Below, one piece after another: positions 20,725 to 32,738 of a stretch of DNA of 64,000 nucleotides. The stretch comes from Waterburya sp. GTDB lineage: Bacteria > Cyanobacteriota > Cyanobacteriia > Cyanobacteriales > Xenococcaceae. A model generated the notes under the pieces. That model did no database searches. It worked only from the letters and a program-made list of their open reading frames with translations, and was not told the DNA's origin. The stretch is taken from NCBI GenBank assembly GCA_965217895.1, contig CBDCJV010000002.1, forward strand, positions 4,288,001 through 4,352,000, read 5' to 3'. Positions within the stretch are counted from its first letter, which is position 1. Each line of letters starts with the position of its first letter. Made by a program: the position numbers and the translations under genes.

Positions 20725-21345
20725 ATGGCAGATAACTCTATTGTCGAAGACCGCGACTACACACTAATCATTGATAAAAGTGGCAGTATGTCGACTAACG
20801 ATCGTCCAGGGGGCAAAACCCGTTGGGAATCTGCCCAAGAATCCACTCTGGCGTTGGCTAAAGAGTGTGAAAAAATTGACCCCGATGGTATTACTGTTTA
20901 TTTATTCTCTAGTCGCTTTCGTCGTTATGACAACATCACGGCTGATAAAGTAAATAAAATCTACGCTGAAAATGATCCTATGGGTCGTACTGATTTAGCC
21001 AGTGTCTTGTTAGATGCGGTCAATAATTATTTTGACCGTAAAGCAGCAGGAGAAGCTAAGGCTAACGGAGAAACTTTTATAGTTATTACTGATGGTGAGC
21101 CTAATGATTATAAAGCAGTCATGCGCGTGATTATTGAAGCTTCCCGTCAAATCGATCGAGATGAAGAAATAGGTATTTCTTTGATCCAGGTAGGTAGCGA
21201 TCGCAAGGCAACTCAATTTCTGAAGGCTTTAGACGATCAATTAGAATCTGCGGGAGCTAAATTTGATATTGTCAATACCATTACCATGGATGATATGCAG
21301 GGGATTACTTTAGCAGAGGTATTGCTTAATGCAATTACAGGCTAA
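20725..21345 (+). CDS. vWA domain protein
   Basis: MIDAS motif DKSGSM, T (GRTDL), VITDGEP. Confidence 0.9.
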   Translation: MADNSIVEDRDYTLIIDKSGSMSTNDRPGGKTRWESAQESTLALAKECEKIDPDGITVYLFSSRFRRYDNITADKVNKIYAENDPMGRTDLASVLLDAVNNYFDRKAAGEAKANGETFIVITDGEPNDYKAVMRVIIEASRQIDRDEEIGISLIQVGSDRKATQFLKALDDQLESAGAKFDIVNTITMDDMQGITLAEVLLNAITG

Positions 21346-21432
21346 TTTCAATGATCGATGATCGGTTCTGAAGCCTAAAGCTTTATTTCCAAAACCTAGC
21401 ACTAATGAGAGACAAAATATTAGGATGTAAGG

Positions 21433-22632
21433 GTGGTTCAATCTTATCCCTTACATTCATTAATCGAAGGTAGCTGGTTTAAGCTAATTTGTGGAGCTAG
21501 CTATCAGCATCTGCCCGCGGTTCGTAGTCTAGCTGTGGCATATAGTTTGGCTGGTGCTGACTGTATAGATGTTGCTGCCGATCCTGCCGTAATTGCTGCT
21601 GCTATCGAAGGAATTGAAGTAGCTCAAAAATTACAACAAAAGACTCAGTTATTAGTTGAGCAAAATAATTATGATAGTCAAGCATTTTCCCTAACACCTA
21701 ACCTTTACCCCATATCCCTTAATTCAAAGGGTCATAGTGCTAAGACATTGGTTACTTCCCCTTGGCTAATGGTAAGTATTAATGATGAAGAAGATCCTCA
21801 CTTCCGTAAAGCTGAGTTTGAGGCAACTCGCTGTCCCCAGGATTGCCCTCAACCTTGTGTACAATTATGTCCAGCCGAAGCAATAGATTTGAACAAAGGA
21901 GGGATCTTAGACAGCCTTTGTTATGGCTGTGGTCGTTGTCTGCCGATTTGTCCTCAGGAATTAATTACAGCTCGTTCTCATGTCTCAAATGTTAAATCCG
22001 TTGTATCTTGGGTTCGATCGCTGAAAATAGACGCAATTGAAATTCATACCCAGGTAGGGCATTATGAATATTTCAAGAGGGTCTGGACAGATCTGGCGCC
22101 GATAGTAGGGCAACTTAAACTGTTGGCAATTAGCTGCACCGATGCCCCTGATATTTTGAATTATCTGCGATCGCTCTATGAACTAATTGCTCCTTTACCC
22201 TGTCCTTTGATTTGGCAGACTGATGGACGTTCTATGAGTGGTGATATTGGCAAGGGAACTACCCATGCTGCGATCGCTTTTGCTCAAAAAGTCTTACAGG
22301 CAAAGCTGCCTGGCTATGTTCAACTAGCAGGAGGTACTAATAACTATACGGTGGATAAGCTAAGGCAGAATAAGCTGCTGAGGCAACAAAATTCTTCTCG
22401 GTTTAAATCGGTGGCTGGAGTGGCTTATGGCAGTTATGCCCGTACAATTCTCGCTCCAATATTGAACCAACTAGAAACAAACCAACTGCCAAATATTCAA
22501 CCAAACATAATTCAATCTAATTTAAATAATAATTCAATGAATCAGCTTAACTTAAAGCTTGAACAAAATAAAGATTTACTAGAACAAGCCGTAGCTAAAG
22601 CCAGCGGGTTAGTAAACCAAATTAAACATTGA
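21433..22632 (+). CDS. ldpA: Circadian input Fe-S protein LdpA
   Basis: WFKLICGAS, DPHFRKA, two 4Fe-4S Cys clusters, MSGDIG, QLAGGTN. Confidence 0.93.
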   Translation: MVQSYPLHSLIEGSWFKLICGASYQHLPAVRSLAVAYSLAGADCIDVAADPAVIAAAIEGIEVAQKLQQKTQLLVEQNNYDSQAFSLTPNLYPISLNSKGHSAKTLVTSPWLMVSINDEEDPHFRKAEFEATRCPQDCPQPCVQLCPAEAIDLNKGGILDSLCYGCGRCLPICPQELITARSHVSNVKSVVSWVRSLKIDAIEIHTQVGHYEYFKRVWTDLAPIVGQLKLLAISCTDAPDILNYLRSLYELIAPLPCPLIWQTDGRSMSGDIGKGTTHAAIAFAQKVLQAKLPGYVQLAGGTNNYTVDKLRQNKLLRQQNSSRFKSVAGVAYGSYARTILAPILNQLETNQLPNIQPNIIQSNLNNNSMNQLNLKLEQNKDLLEQAVAKASGLVNQIKH

Positions 22633-22705
22633 ACATTGAACATTAAACATTTAGTTCGTAGTTCGTCGTTTGTGACGCGACGTAAAGAGCTAGTCCTTTA
22701 GGGTA
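22622..22705. repeat. Heptamer STRR repeats followed by an SDR-like element
   Basis: (TT[A/G]AACA)x4 and (AGTTCGT)x2-3, then gacgcgacgtaaagagctagtcctttagggta. Confidence 0.6.
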
Positions 22706-22794
22706 GTAAAAGAAAATTAAAAAATAGTTTTTAGCCTTCAACTTTTTATCGTTGTCAATAATCCAACCAAATATTAACCAAATATATTTTAAAT

Positions 22795-24549
22795 ATGCAG
22801 TCAGAAATAGCTTCCCATCGAATGCAGGTTACCGATAATTTAGACAAATTACTTACTATTTTTCCCGATTCAATTCGCTCTAAGTTGGACGAGCATCTTC
22901 AACAGGATAGCGATAGTTTAATTGAGGTAGTTTTAGATTTAGGTAGACTACCAGAAGCGCGTTTTCGCGATCGCGCAATCTATCTTCGTGATGAACCCGT
23001 AACTCCAGAAGAAATACAACACTGTATTGAACGAGTAGGAATGTTTAGTAGTGATAATCGTGCGGGCATAGAACGAACCTTACACCGTATTAGTGCCATT
23101 CGTAACCGTACGGGGGATATCATTGGTTTGACCTGTCGTATTGGGCGGGCAATTTTTGGCACAATTGTCATGATTCGCGACCTAGTAGAAACAGGACAGT
23201 CAATTTTACTGTTAGGTCGTCCTGGAGTGGGTAAAACAACTGCCCTGCGGGAAATTGCCAGGGTTTTAGCTGATGACCTAGGCAAAAGAGTCGTGATCAT
23301 CGATACTTCCAATGAAATTGCTGGAGATGGAGATGTGCCTCACCCTGCTATTGGTCGCGCCCGTCGGATGCAGGTTGCTCGTCCTGAACTACAGCATCAG
23401 GTAATGATTGAAGCAGTAGAAAACCATACCCCTGAAGTAATCGTCATCGACGAAATTGGTACAGAATTGGAGGCGTTAGCAGCCAGAACTATCGCCGAAA
23501 GAGGCGTACAGCTAGTGGGGACTGCCCATGGTAATACCGTCGAAAACCTAATTAAAAACCCGACTCTTTCTGATTTGGTGGGAGGAATCCAAAGCGTTAC
23601 CCTAGGAGACGATGAGGCACGCCGTAGAAGGACACAAAAGACGGTTTTAGAACGCAAAGCACCTCCTACCTTTGCGATCGCCATAGAAATGCTAGAAAGG
23701 CAACGTTGGGTAGTCCATGACGATGTTTCTGCTACTATTGATACTCTGCTACGAGGACACGAACCGCCAGCCCAGGTCAGAACCGTAGATGACAGCGGTG
23801 AAGTTACCATCATTCACGAAGAACCAGAAACGTCTTTTCAGCCTCTGCCTGCTAGAAACAGCAGCATAGTTACGCCACTATATCCTCAAGGATTAAGAGC
23901 GTCTGGCAAAATGACTCCTCTTGCTTTTGGTAATGGAAAAGCTAAACGAGACAATGCTGATTTTGAGGGGATGATAGAACGTTCTTGGCAAACCAAAGAA
24001 GCTAACAGTCAAAAAATTCGTACCCCTGGTCCCAATGGAGAAGACTGGCCCGTTTATATCTATGCCTATGGTGTTGGTCGCTCACAACTAGATCAGGTAA
24101 TTGAAGTGCTGGATTTGCCGATTATGCTGACCAAAGATTTAGGCGAAGCGGACGCGGTGGTGGCATTGCGATCGCAAATCAAACATCATTCTAAGCTGCG
24201 TAATATTGCCCAAGATCGCCATATTCCCATTTATACGGTCAAATCTAACACCATTCCTCAAGTTACCCGCATCTTCCGTCAGATTCTCAATTTAGATGAT
24301 CCTAATGTTCCTGAACCTACCGATCTAAGATTGTTTAGCAAAGCAGGCAGTGATGACGAAATTGAGGCGTTGGAAGAAGCAAGATTAGCCGTAGAACAAA
24401 TTGTAATTCCTCAAGGGCAACCTGTAGAATTATTACCGAGATCGGCAAAAGTGCGTAAAATGCAGCACGAACTGATAGAACACTACCGCTTACAGTCCGA
24501 TAGCTTTGGAGACGAACCAAACCGCCGTCTGAGAATATATCCTGCATAG
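22795..24549 (+). CDS. ycf45: Ycf45/SpoIIIAA-like AAA ATPase with R3H domain
   Basis: Walker A GRPGVGKTT, IDTSNEIAGDG, IVIDEIG; C-terminal RKMQH (R3H). Confidence 0.88.
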   Translation: MQSEIASHRMQVTDNLDKLLTIFPDSIRSKLDEHLQQDSDSLIEVVLDLGRLPEARFRDRAIYLRDEPVTPEEIQHCIERVGMFSSDNRAGIERTLHRISAIRNRTGDIIGLTCRIGRAIFGTIVMIRDLVETGQSILLLGRPGVGKTTALREIARVLADDLGKRVVIIDTSNEIAGDGDVPHPAIGRARRMQVARPELQHQVMIEAVENHTPEVIVIDEIGTELEALAARTIAERGVQLVGTAHGNTVENLIKNPTLSDLVGGIQSVTLGDDEARRRRTQKTVLERKAPPTFAIAIEMLERQRWVVHDDVSATIDTLLRGHEPPAQVRTVDDSGEVTIIHEEPETSFQPLPARNSSIVTPLYPQGLRASGKMTPLAFGNGKAKRDNADFEGMIERSWQTKEANSQKIRTPGPNGEDWPVYIYAYGVGRSQLDQVIEVLDLPIMLTKDLGEADAVVALRSQIKHHSKLRNIAQDRHIPIYTVKSNTIPQVTRIFRQILNLDDPNVPEPTDLRLFSKAGSDDEIEALEEARLAVEQIVIPQGQPVELLPRSAKVRKMQHELIEHYRLQSDSFGDEPNRRLRIYPA

Positions 24550-24560
24550 GCAACATATAC

Positions 24561-24654
24561 GTAAGGTGGGCTTGGCAAATCAATCTTTTTATATTGCAAT
24601 TGATTAAGTTAGTGGGCAAAGAGCATATCCTGAAATGTTTTTTGTCCAGCCTAC
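24561..24654. repeat. Degenerate REP-like element(s)
   Basis: GTAAGGTGGGC / AGTGGGCAAA ... TTTGTCCAGCCTAC; same family as 13691-13756. Confidence 0.5.
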
Positions 24655-24715
24655 GATAAAAGCGATCGCTCTACCGCCAAAGCCTCAATATTCCAACCTT
24701 GAAAGCCATTTAAAG

Positions 24716-24740
24716 TATAATCAATAGTGTAAATTACACT
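24716..24740 (+). promoter_or_regulatory. -10 box and palindromic operator of the TA operon
   Basis: TATAAT (24716-24721) followed by AGTGTAA-A-TTACACT (24726-24740), 7 nt before the antitoxin ATG. Confidence 0.6.
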
Positions 24741-24747
24741 GTCAATT

Positions 24748-24981
24748 ATGGCTACCAAAAGTATTAACATAACTATTGACGAAGAAATCTTAAGTCAATC
24801 AGACCGTCTTGTGAAAGAAAAAAAATATGCTAATAGAAGCAGATTTATCGAGGAAGCAATTACCTTACGGCTCAAACAATTAGACGCTGAATTTATTGGC
24901 GAACAAGCCAAGCTGCTAAACAAGGATGAAGCAGAGGAATGGTTTGAGGGAGAGTTAGAATCTTGGAAAGAAGAATATTAA
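24748..24981 (+). CDS. Ribbon-helix-helix (CopG-like) antitoxin
   Basis: SINITIDEEIL...NRSRFIEEAI; acidic C-terminus; overlaps the toxin gene. Confidence 0.85.
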   Translation: MATKSINITIDEEILSQSDRLVKEKKYANRSRFIEEAITLRLKQLDAEFIGEQAKLLNKDEAEEWFEGELESWKEEY

Positions 24982-25298
24982 GAGGAGGTATCTACTGGGC
25001 AAATCTAGAGCCAACCGTTGGTACAGAACAGCAAGGAACACGCCCTGTACTAATAATTAGCATCGATTCTTTTAATCAGAATAGTCAAAGTGCAATCGCT
25101 TTTGCCATTACCAGTAAAAAACCAAAGGTTAGTTATCCTTTGATTTGTGAACTACCAGAACTTTTACCCAAGAAATCTTGGGTGAAAATTTCTCAAATAC
25201 GAACCTTGAGCATTCAAAGATTAGGCAAAAAAATTGCTCAACTAGAAGAAGAAGATCTAAGTAAAATATTGGCTGGCTTTAATCGTTTGTGCAGTTAA
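24963..25298 (+). CDS. mazF: PemK/MazF family endoribonuclease toxin
   Basis: RGGIYWANLEPTVGTEQQGTRPVLIIS, ITS, QIRTLSIQRL. Confidence 0.92.
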   Translation: MERRILRGGIYWANLEPTVGTEQQGTRPVLIISIDSFNQNSQSAIAFAITSKKPKVSYPLICELPELLPKKSWVKISQIRTLSIQRLGKKIAQLEEEDLSKILAGFNRLCS

Positions 25299-25403
25299 CC
25301 ATATCTAAAGTTAATAACCAAAAAACTTTTAGCTTTGAATTTATTTTCAAAGATGGATAAAATTTGATAGCCTAAGCTAATAAGCTTTGGGAACGAATAG
25401 AGC

Positions 25404-26564
<1,161 letters not shown>

Positions 26565-26567
<3 letters not shown>

Positions 26568-26762
26568 ACCGCATCCAGCTTGAAACCAGGAGTTTTTAAG
26601 TTAACTGTTCGTAAGTAGCAAGTAGCAAGTAGCAAGTAGAAATTATATTCTGCTGTTTGACCAACGGTCACAGCAGGCTTCGTCCGTTTAGGGCGGAGTA
26701 ATCTGTGACTAGCTTAATCTCCGATTCAAAAACTACGGTTTTCGTTTGACAGACGGGGTTTA
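26565..26762 (+). mobile_element. ~198-bp MITE-like element, copy 1
   Basis: Near-identical inverted copy at 48451-48707; TAAACC...GGTTTA ends; internal (AGTAGCA)n repeats and hairpin. Confidence 0.88.
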
Positions 26763-27059
26763 GAACAAATTTGCGGTCATCAATGCCTGGTGAAATCCCA
26801 GGCATAAAAAGCCTACTTTTAAGACGAAGAAATTTAAATAACATCATGGCGATATTGTCATAAATTTCAGATTGCAAGCCTTAAATTTAGTATCGTAAGT
26901 AGCAAAATAGTTAACAACCTGAAGCTAGTCTTAAGCTTATGACCCAGGTTTGAAATGTCTTTCTAATATAATTTAATAGCAGTCAATTTACCAATATTTT
27001 ATTTATTTGGTCATAATTTTAGAGAAAGCAGAGATATAGGCTTAGAAAGGTGAATAAAA

Positions 27060-28115
27060 ATGGAAAACAACGCAATCATTCCAGAATATAGTCTAGATAG
27101 AGATTGCCAAACGCTATCTAGGCACGTCTTACAGCAGTTCTCTGATTTTAGTACTCAAGCACAGGACGTTAGCGCGATCATGAATCGCATTGCTTTAGCA
27201 GCCAAATTAGTGACTCGTCGTTTGAGTCGGGCAGGCTTGATGGCTGGGGCGTTAGGACTTACTGGAGAAACCAATGTCCAGGGAGAATCAGTTAAAAAAA
27301 TGGACATTTATGCCAATGATGTCTTTATATCTGTGTTTAAGCAAAGCGGTTTAGTTTGTCGCTTGATATCAGAAGAGATGGAGAAACCTTATTACATACC
27401 TGAAAATTGTCCCCTAGGCAGATATACGCTTTTATACGATCCCATTGATGGTTCTTCCAATGTAGATATTAATTTAAATGTAGGTTCAATTTTTTCCCTA
27501 CGCCAACAAGAAGGGGAAGATCTTGACGGCACCGCCCAAGATTTGTTACAAAACAGCGATCGCCAAATAGGAGCAGGCTATGTTTTATATGGTCCTTCTA
27601 CCGTCCTGGTTTACACCATAGGCAAAGGAGTACATTCATTTATTCTCGATCCCAGCCTAGGAGAATTTATCTTAGCCGAAGAAAACATTACGATTCCTCA
27701 GCATGGTTCAGTTTACAGCGTTAATGAGGGAAACTACTGGCAGTGGGATGAATCAATCCGAGAATACATTCGCTATGTACACCGTCATGAAGGCTACACC
27801 TCTCGCTACAGTGGTGCATTGGTCGGAGATTTTCATCGAATCTTGCTTCAAGGAGGCGTATTTCTCTATCCAGGCACGGAGAAAGATCCTCAAGGAAAGC
27901 TAAGATTATTATATGAATCTGCACCGTTGGCTTTTTTGGCTGAACAAGCAGGAGCAAAAGCCAGCACTGGCATGGAACGAATTTTAAGTATAGTGCCAGA
28001 TAAGCTACATCAACGCACTCCTTTAGTGATTGGCAGCACCGAAGATGTAGAGCTAGTAGAGTCTTTTATCCAAGATTGGGCGCGTCGCGAATCAGAAGAA
28101 CAAGCCCTAGTTTAG
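27060..28115 (+). CDS. fbp: Class 1 fructose-1,6-bisphosphatase
   Basis: [33 protein letters not shown]. Confidence 0.96.
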   Translation: MENNAIIPEYSLDRDCQTLSRHVLQQFSDFSTQAQDVSAIMNRIALAAKLVTRRLSRAGLMAGALGLTGETNVQGESVKKMDIYANDVFISVFKQSGLVCRLISEEMEKPYYIPENCPLGRYTLLYDPIDGSSNVDINLNVGSIFSLRQQEGEDLDGTAQDLLQNSDRQIGAGYVLYGPSTVLVYTIGKGVHSFILDPSLGEFILAEENITIPQHGSVYSVNEGNYWQWDESIREYIRYVHRHEGYTSRYSGALVGDFHRILLQGGVFLYPGTEKDPQGKLRLLYESAPLAFLAEQAGAKASTGMERILSIVPDKLHQRTPLVIGSTEDVELVESFIQDWARRESEEQALV

Positions 28116-28168
28116 TTATAAATTTACAAGTTTTAGTTGTGAAATATTAATAGGAGAATAGTTAACTT

Positions 28169-29317
28169 ATGTCTACCCAAAACCCGATTTTAGAAATTGA
28201 AAATCAATACGGTCAAAGTATCTGGATGGATAACCTTAGCCGTGACATTATTGAGTCTGGAGAATTAAAACAGTCTATTAGCGATAAAGGAATTAGAGGT
28301 ATTACTTCTAACCCCTCTATCTTTGAAAAAGCGATCGCTGGTAATAAAATCTATGACAGTGCAATTGAAGCTGGAATCAAAGCTAATAAATCAGTTCAGG
28401 AAATCTACGAAGATTTAATCTTTACTGATATTCGCAATGCCTGCGACATCTTTATGCCTGTATATGAAGAAAGTGGCGGCTTAGATGGCTACGTTAGCAT
28501 CGAAGTCCCCCCCAGTCTAGCCAAAAGTACCGATGACAGCACTATTGAAGAAGCTCGTCGCTACTACCAAGTTATTGATCGCCCTAATTTAATGATTAAG
28601 ATCCCAGGCACATCAGAGGGTTTGCCCGCAGTAGAACAGGCAATTTCTGAAGGGATGAGCATTAATGTAACTTTGCTATTTTCAGTGTCAAGCTATATTG
28701 ATACTGCCGAAGCTTATATCAAAGGGCTAGAAAAAAGAGCAGCAGCAGGAGAAGATATTAGTAAGATTTCCTCCGTTGCTAGTTTCTTCCTCAGTCGCAT
28801 TGATAGCAATATTGACGATCGCATCGATAGTAAATTAGAGTCAGCCAGTGATGATGCTAAAGCTAAGCTAGAGGCAATTAAAGGTAAAGTTGCGATCGCT
28901 AATGCCAAAATCGCCTACCAAAAATACAAAGAAATTTTTAGTGGCGAAAGATGGGAAGCATTAGCAGCTAAAGGGGCAAAGGTACAGCGTCTACTTTGGG
29001 CAAGCACCAGTACTAAAAATCCTGAATATAACGATGTAATGTATGTAGACGAGCTTGTGGGCAAAGATACCGTCAATACTTTACCTCCCAATACTATTGA
29101 TGCTTGTCTCGATCACTGTACTCCAGGCGATCGCATCGAAACTGACTTAGATGCTGCCCATAAAGTTATTGATGGCTTAAAAGATGATGCCGTTAATATT
29201 GAACTGGATGAAGTGATGGATGAATTACTAGAAGAAGGAATTGATAAATTTATCAAACCTTTTGAATCATTGATGTCATCTTTAGAAACTAAAGTTAAGC
29301 AGCTAGCAGCAGTGTAA
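28169..29317 (+). CDS. tal: Transaldolase
   Basis: WMDNLSR, GITSNPSIF, MIKIPGT, NVTLLFS, QRLLWASTSTK. Confidence 0.96.
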   Translation: MSTQNPILEIENQYGQSIWMDNLSRDIIESGELKQSISDKGIRGITSNPSIFEKAIAGNKIYDSAIEAGIKANKSVQEIYEDLIFTDIRNACDIFMPVYEESGGLDGYVSIEVPPSLAKSTDDSTIEEARRYYQVIDRPNLMIKIPGTSEGLPAVEQAISEGMSINVTLLFSVSSYIDTAEAYIKGLEKRAAAGEDISKISSVASFFLSRIDSNIDDRIDSKLESASDDAKAKLEAIKGKVAIANAKIAYQKYKEIFSGERWEALAAKGAKVQRLLWASTSTKNPEYNDVMYVDELVGKDTVNTLPPNTIDACLDHCTPGDRIETDLDAAHKVIDGLKDDAVNIELDEVMDELLEEGIDKFIKPFESLMSSLETKVKQLAAV

Positions 29318-29319
29318 AT

Positions 29320-29345
29320 TAGGTAATAGGTAATAGGTAATAGGT
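29320..29345. repeat. STRR heptamer tandem repeat
   Basis: (TAGGTAA)x3 plus a partial unit. Confidence 0.75.
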
Positions 29346-29476
29346 TTTAATCAACTTGTTTTCTTTGCTTATTACTAACAAAAACATAATGACAAGGGAG
29401 AAAAGAACATTTTTTCCCTTGAACCTTTTCCCTATCAATACAAGTAACTTTTAAATAAAAGCCAGTAAATTTGAAT

Positions 29477-31006
29477 ATGGTTGCAATATTAGAAAATCCG
29501 TTACGAGTCGGTTTACAGCAGGAACGCACTGCCGATCCTGCAATTATTGTAATTTTTGGAGCATCAGGAGATTTAACTCAACGCAAGCTAATTCCCGCAA
29601 TTTATCAAATTAGAAGAGAACGTCGTCTCCCTCCTGAAATGACTATTGTAGGAGTTGCTAGACGAGATTGGACTCACGAATTTTTTCGTCAGCACCTTAA
29701 AGATGGAATAGAAGAATTTGGTAATGGGGTGGGCAACGAAGAACTATGGAATGACTTTTCTCAGGGCATATTCTATTGTTCTGGGAATATGGACGAGGCG
29801 GAAAGCTACGAAAAATTAAAGAGTTTTCTGGCAGAATTAGACGGAAAGAGAGGAACCAGAGGCAATAGAATCTTTTACCTTTCGGTATCACCTAATTTCT
29901 TTAAGCCAGCTTTAAAACAGTTGGGTGCAGCGGGAATGCTGGACGATTCGGTCAAAAATCGGATTGTGATTGAAAAGCCCTTTGGAAAAGATCTCAGTTC
30001 TGCTCAATCTCTGAACCGTGCGGTACAGCGAGTCTGCAAAGAAGAACAGGTTTATCGCATCGATCACTATTTAGGTAAGGAAACCGTCCAAAATATTTTA
30101 GTCTTTCGTTTTGGGAACGCTATCTTTGAACCTTTGTGGAATCGGCAATTTGTAGATCATGTTCAGATTACCGTTGCTGAAACCGTTGGCGTAGAAGAGC
30201 GTGCAGGTTATTACGAGACTTCTGGTGCATTACGAGATATGCTGCAAAATCATCTAATGCAGCTATTTGCAATTACAGCGATGGAACCTCCCAACTCTCT
30301 AGATGCCGATAGTATTCGTAATGAAAAAACTAAAGTGCTTCAGGCTACTCATATTTCTGATGCTGCCAATTTAGACCAGTCGGCAGTAAGGGCGCAATAT
30401 TCCGAAGGTTGGATGAAAGGTCAGCCTGTTAAAGGTTATCGCCAAGAAGATGGCGTAAATCCAGAATCTATCACACCAACTTTTGTGGCGTTAAAGTTAG
30501 AGATAGATAACTGGCGATGGAAAGGAGTGCCGTTTTATCTGCGGACTGGCAAACGAATGCCCAAAAAAGTTAGTGAGATTTCCATTCATTTTCGGGAAGT
30601 ACCTTTACTAATCTTTCAATCTGCGGCCCAGCAAACTAGTCCAAACGTTCTGACAATGAGGATTCAACCGAATGAAGGTATATCCCTTAAGTTTGAAGCC
30701 AAAACTCCAGGGCCAGATCTACGTACTAGAACCGTAAATATGGACTTTAGCTATGGTTCATCCTTTGGGATGGCGACGGCTGATGCTTATCATCGTCTCT
30801 TGCTTGACTGTATGTTAGGGGATCAAACTTTGTTTACCCGCGCTGATGAAGTTGAAGCAGCCTGGAATATTGTCATGCCCTTGATCAACGCTTGGGAATC
30901 TCCTAGCGATCCGAGTTTAATGCCCCAGTACGAAGCAGGAACTTGGCAGCCCAAAGAAGCGGAAATGATGCTTAATAGCGATCGCCGAAGCTGGAGAAGA
31001 CTTTAA
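29477..31006 (+). CDS. zwf: Glucose-6-phosphate dehydrogenase
   Basis: [33 protein letters not shown]. Confidence 0.97.
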   Translation: MVAILENPLRVGLQQERTADPAIIVIFGASGDLTQRKLIPAIYQIRRERRLPPEMTIVGVARRDWTHEFFRQHLKDGIEEFGNGVGNEELWNDFSQGIFYCSGNMDEAESYEKLKSFLAELDGKRGTRGNRIFYLSVSPNFFKPALKQLGAAGMLDDSVKNRIVIEKPFGKDLSSAQSLNRAVQRVCKEEQVYRIDHYLGKETVQNILVFRFGNAIFEPLWNRQFVDHVQITVAETVGVEERAGYYETSGALRDMLQNHLMQLFAITAMEPPNSLDADSIRNEKTKVLQATHISDAANLDQSAVRAQYSEGWMKGQPVKGYRQEDGVNPESITPTFVALKLEIDNWRWKGVPFYLRTGKRMPKKVSEISIHFREVPLLIFQSAAQQTSPNVLTMRIQPNEGISLKFEAKTPGPDLRTRTVNMDFSYGSSFGMATADAYHRLLLDCMLGDQTLFTRADEVEAAWNIVMPLINAWESPSDPSLMPQYEAGTWQPKEAEMMLNSDRRSWRRL

Positions 31007-31007
31007 C

Positions 31008-31080
31008 AGTTAATAGTGAACTGTTAATAGTGAACTGTTAGATGTTAAATGATAATTGTTAAATGATAATTGTTAAATGA
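31008..31080. repeat. 14-bp tandem repeats between zwf and opcA
   Basis: (GTTAATAGTGAACT)x2 and (TGTTAAATGATAAT)x2-3. Confidence 0.7.
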
Positions 31081-31083
31081 AAA

Positions 31084-32436
31084 ATGGTTTCACCAATAGT
31101 ATCGTTACAAGCACCAAAAGATGTATCCATCGATGAAATTGAAGCAGAATTGCGATCGCTCTGGCAAAGTCAAGGAGGCGACGAGGATGCAGCAGCCGTC
31201 ACTAGAGCAGCAACTTTTAGCCTCATAGTTTATGAGCCAGACGGTACACAACAACTGCTGGCATCTTTAGGATTTTACACCGGTCCGATTGACGGTATTG
31301 CAGGACCAAGAACCGAAGCTGCAATCAAAGCAGCCCAAAAAGCTTATGGTATGGAAGTTACTGGTAAAACGGACGAGGCATTAATCACCAAATTACAAAC
31401 TCAGTTTACTCAAGTCAAAGCAGAAGATAAGCTAACTCTAGAAAATAAAACCGCAGCAGTTAGCTATAGCCCAGATTCTCAAGGAGCAACCGCAGATGCG
31501 ATCGCTGCATCTAATCCCTGTCGCATTATTACCCTTTGCCCGATCTTGGGAGAAGATACAGGGGTAAAAGTTCAAGTATCGGCATACTGTCCCATTAGCA
31601 AGCAAAGTAAAAATACTCTAGTTTGCTGTGAATACATTACCCTGAGTGGTACAGCAGAAGCTTTAGAAAGAATCGGCGGAATTATTGCAGCGCTGGCGAT
31701 TGCCGACTTGCCCAAGTTTGTCTGGTGGAAAGCCACGCCAACTCCCGAACATCCTTTGTTTCAGCGTTTGGTGTCTGCTAGCGACACGGTAATTTTTGAT
31801 TCTAGTAGCTTTGTTCATCCCGAAGCTGACCTAATATCCTTAGCGAAATTACTTAAGCAAGATACTGCCCTAGCGGACATCAACTGGCGTAGACTAGCTC
31901 CTTGGCAAGAATTAAGTGCTGCTGCTTTCGATCCCCCAGAAAGGCGAAAGGCAATTTATGAAGTCGATCAAGTCACAATTGATTATGAGCGAGGCAATCA
32001 TTCTCAAGCATTAATGTTTTTAGGTTGGTTAGCCAGTCGTCTTCAATGGACTCCTGTGGCATATCAATTTGAAGGCGGAGACTATGACATTCGTAAAGTA
32101 AAACTCACCGACGACAAACAGCGCGCCATTGAAGTAGAGTTAGCTGGTATTCCTACCGCAGATTGGGGAGATATCCCTGGCGATTTGGTAAGCTTGCGCT
32201 TGACTTCAACTAATGAAGAGGCTGATTGCTGTACGGTGTTGTGTTCGAGTACCACAGGCTGTATGAGAATGGAGGCTGGTGGAGGAGCGCAATCTTGCTA
32301 TATTGAGCAGGTAACTCCCTTATTCGATCAAAATACTGAGAATCTGCTTGGTCAACAATTGCAGCGATGGGGTAGAGAAATGCTTTATGAAGAAAGCATG
32401 GCTGTTGCTGACCAAATTTTGCAGCTAGCAAAATAA
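31084..32436 (+). CDS. opcA: G6PDH assembly/allosteric protein OpcA
   Basis: PG-binding insert (GPIDGIAGPRT), AYCPI, CCEYITL, WRRLAPWQEL; follows zwf. Confidence 0.95.
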   Translation: MVSPIVSLQAPKDVSIDEIEAELRSLWQSQGGDEDAAAVTRAATFSLIVYEPDGTQQLLASLGFYTGPIDGIAGPRTEAAIKAAQKAYGMEVTGKTDEALITKLQTQFTQVKAEDKLTLENKTAAVSYSPDSQGATADAIAASNPCRIITLCPILGEDTGVKVQVSAYCPISKQSKNTLVCCEYITLSGTAEALERIGGIIAALAIADLPKFVWWKATPTPEHPLFQRLVSASDTVIFDSSSFVHPEADLISLAKLLKQDTALADINWRRLAPWQELSAAAFDPPERRKAIYEVDQVTIDYERGNHSQALMFLGWLASRLQWTPVAYQFEGGDYDIRKVKLTDDKQRAIEVELAGIPTADWGDIPGDLVSLRLTSTNEEADCCTVLCSSTTGCMRMEAGGGAQSCYIEQVTPLFDQNTENLLGQQLQRWGREMLYEESMAVADQILQLAK

Positions 32437-32499
32437 ACTTAAGAGAACAATAAAAATCAAGAAAATGTTTCCGATCAAAGTTACCTATTAGCGGTAATG

Positions 32500-32543
32500 A
32501 AAAGTAATGAGCGGTATGATATTCATATTGCTCATTACTTTTT
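32500..32543 (+). terminator. Long hairpin/terminator after the OPP operon
   Basis: AAAAGTAATGAGC...GCTCATTACTTTT. Confidence 0.65.
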
Positions 32544-32738
32544 ACTTTAAATTAGTTTTGAGAAAACAGTCCCAACTCTCGAAAACAAAGTGTACCGTCA
32601 AACGGTATCAAAATAATTGCTCGCTTTATATTCTGTTTTTACGCTTCAGAGCCGAAATATATGCTTTACGTGCGCTGGTTTGAATTTAAGTAGTTGCTAC
32701 ATTGCCTACCAAAAAAACAAGAATTGGAGTAATTAGTA

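Noticed and set aside
22980..23813. Antisense and alternative-frame ORFs inside long genes (here and throughout the ORF track)
   Set aside because: Shadows of well-supported CDSs with no motifs of their own
26668..26877. 69-aa minus-strand ORF
   Set aside because: About half lies in the MITE; no recognisable protein features
27060..32436. fbp-tal-zwf-opcA cluster as a novelty
   Set aside because: Well-known conserved cyanobacterial operon
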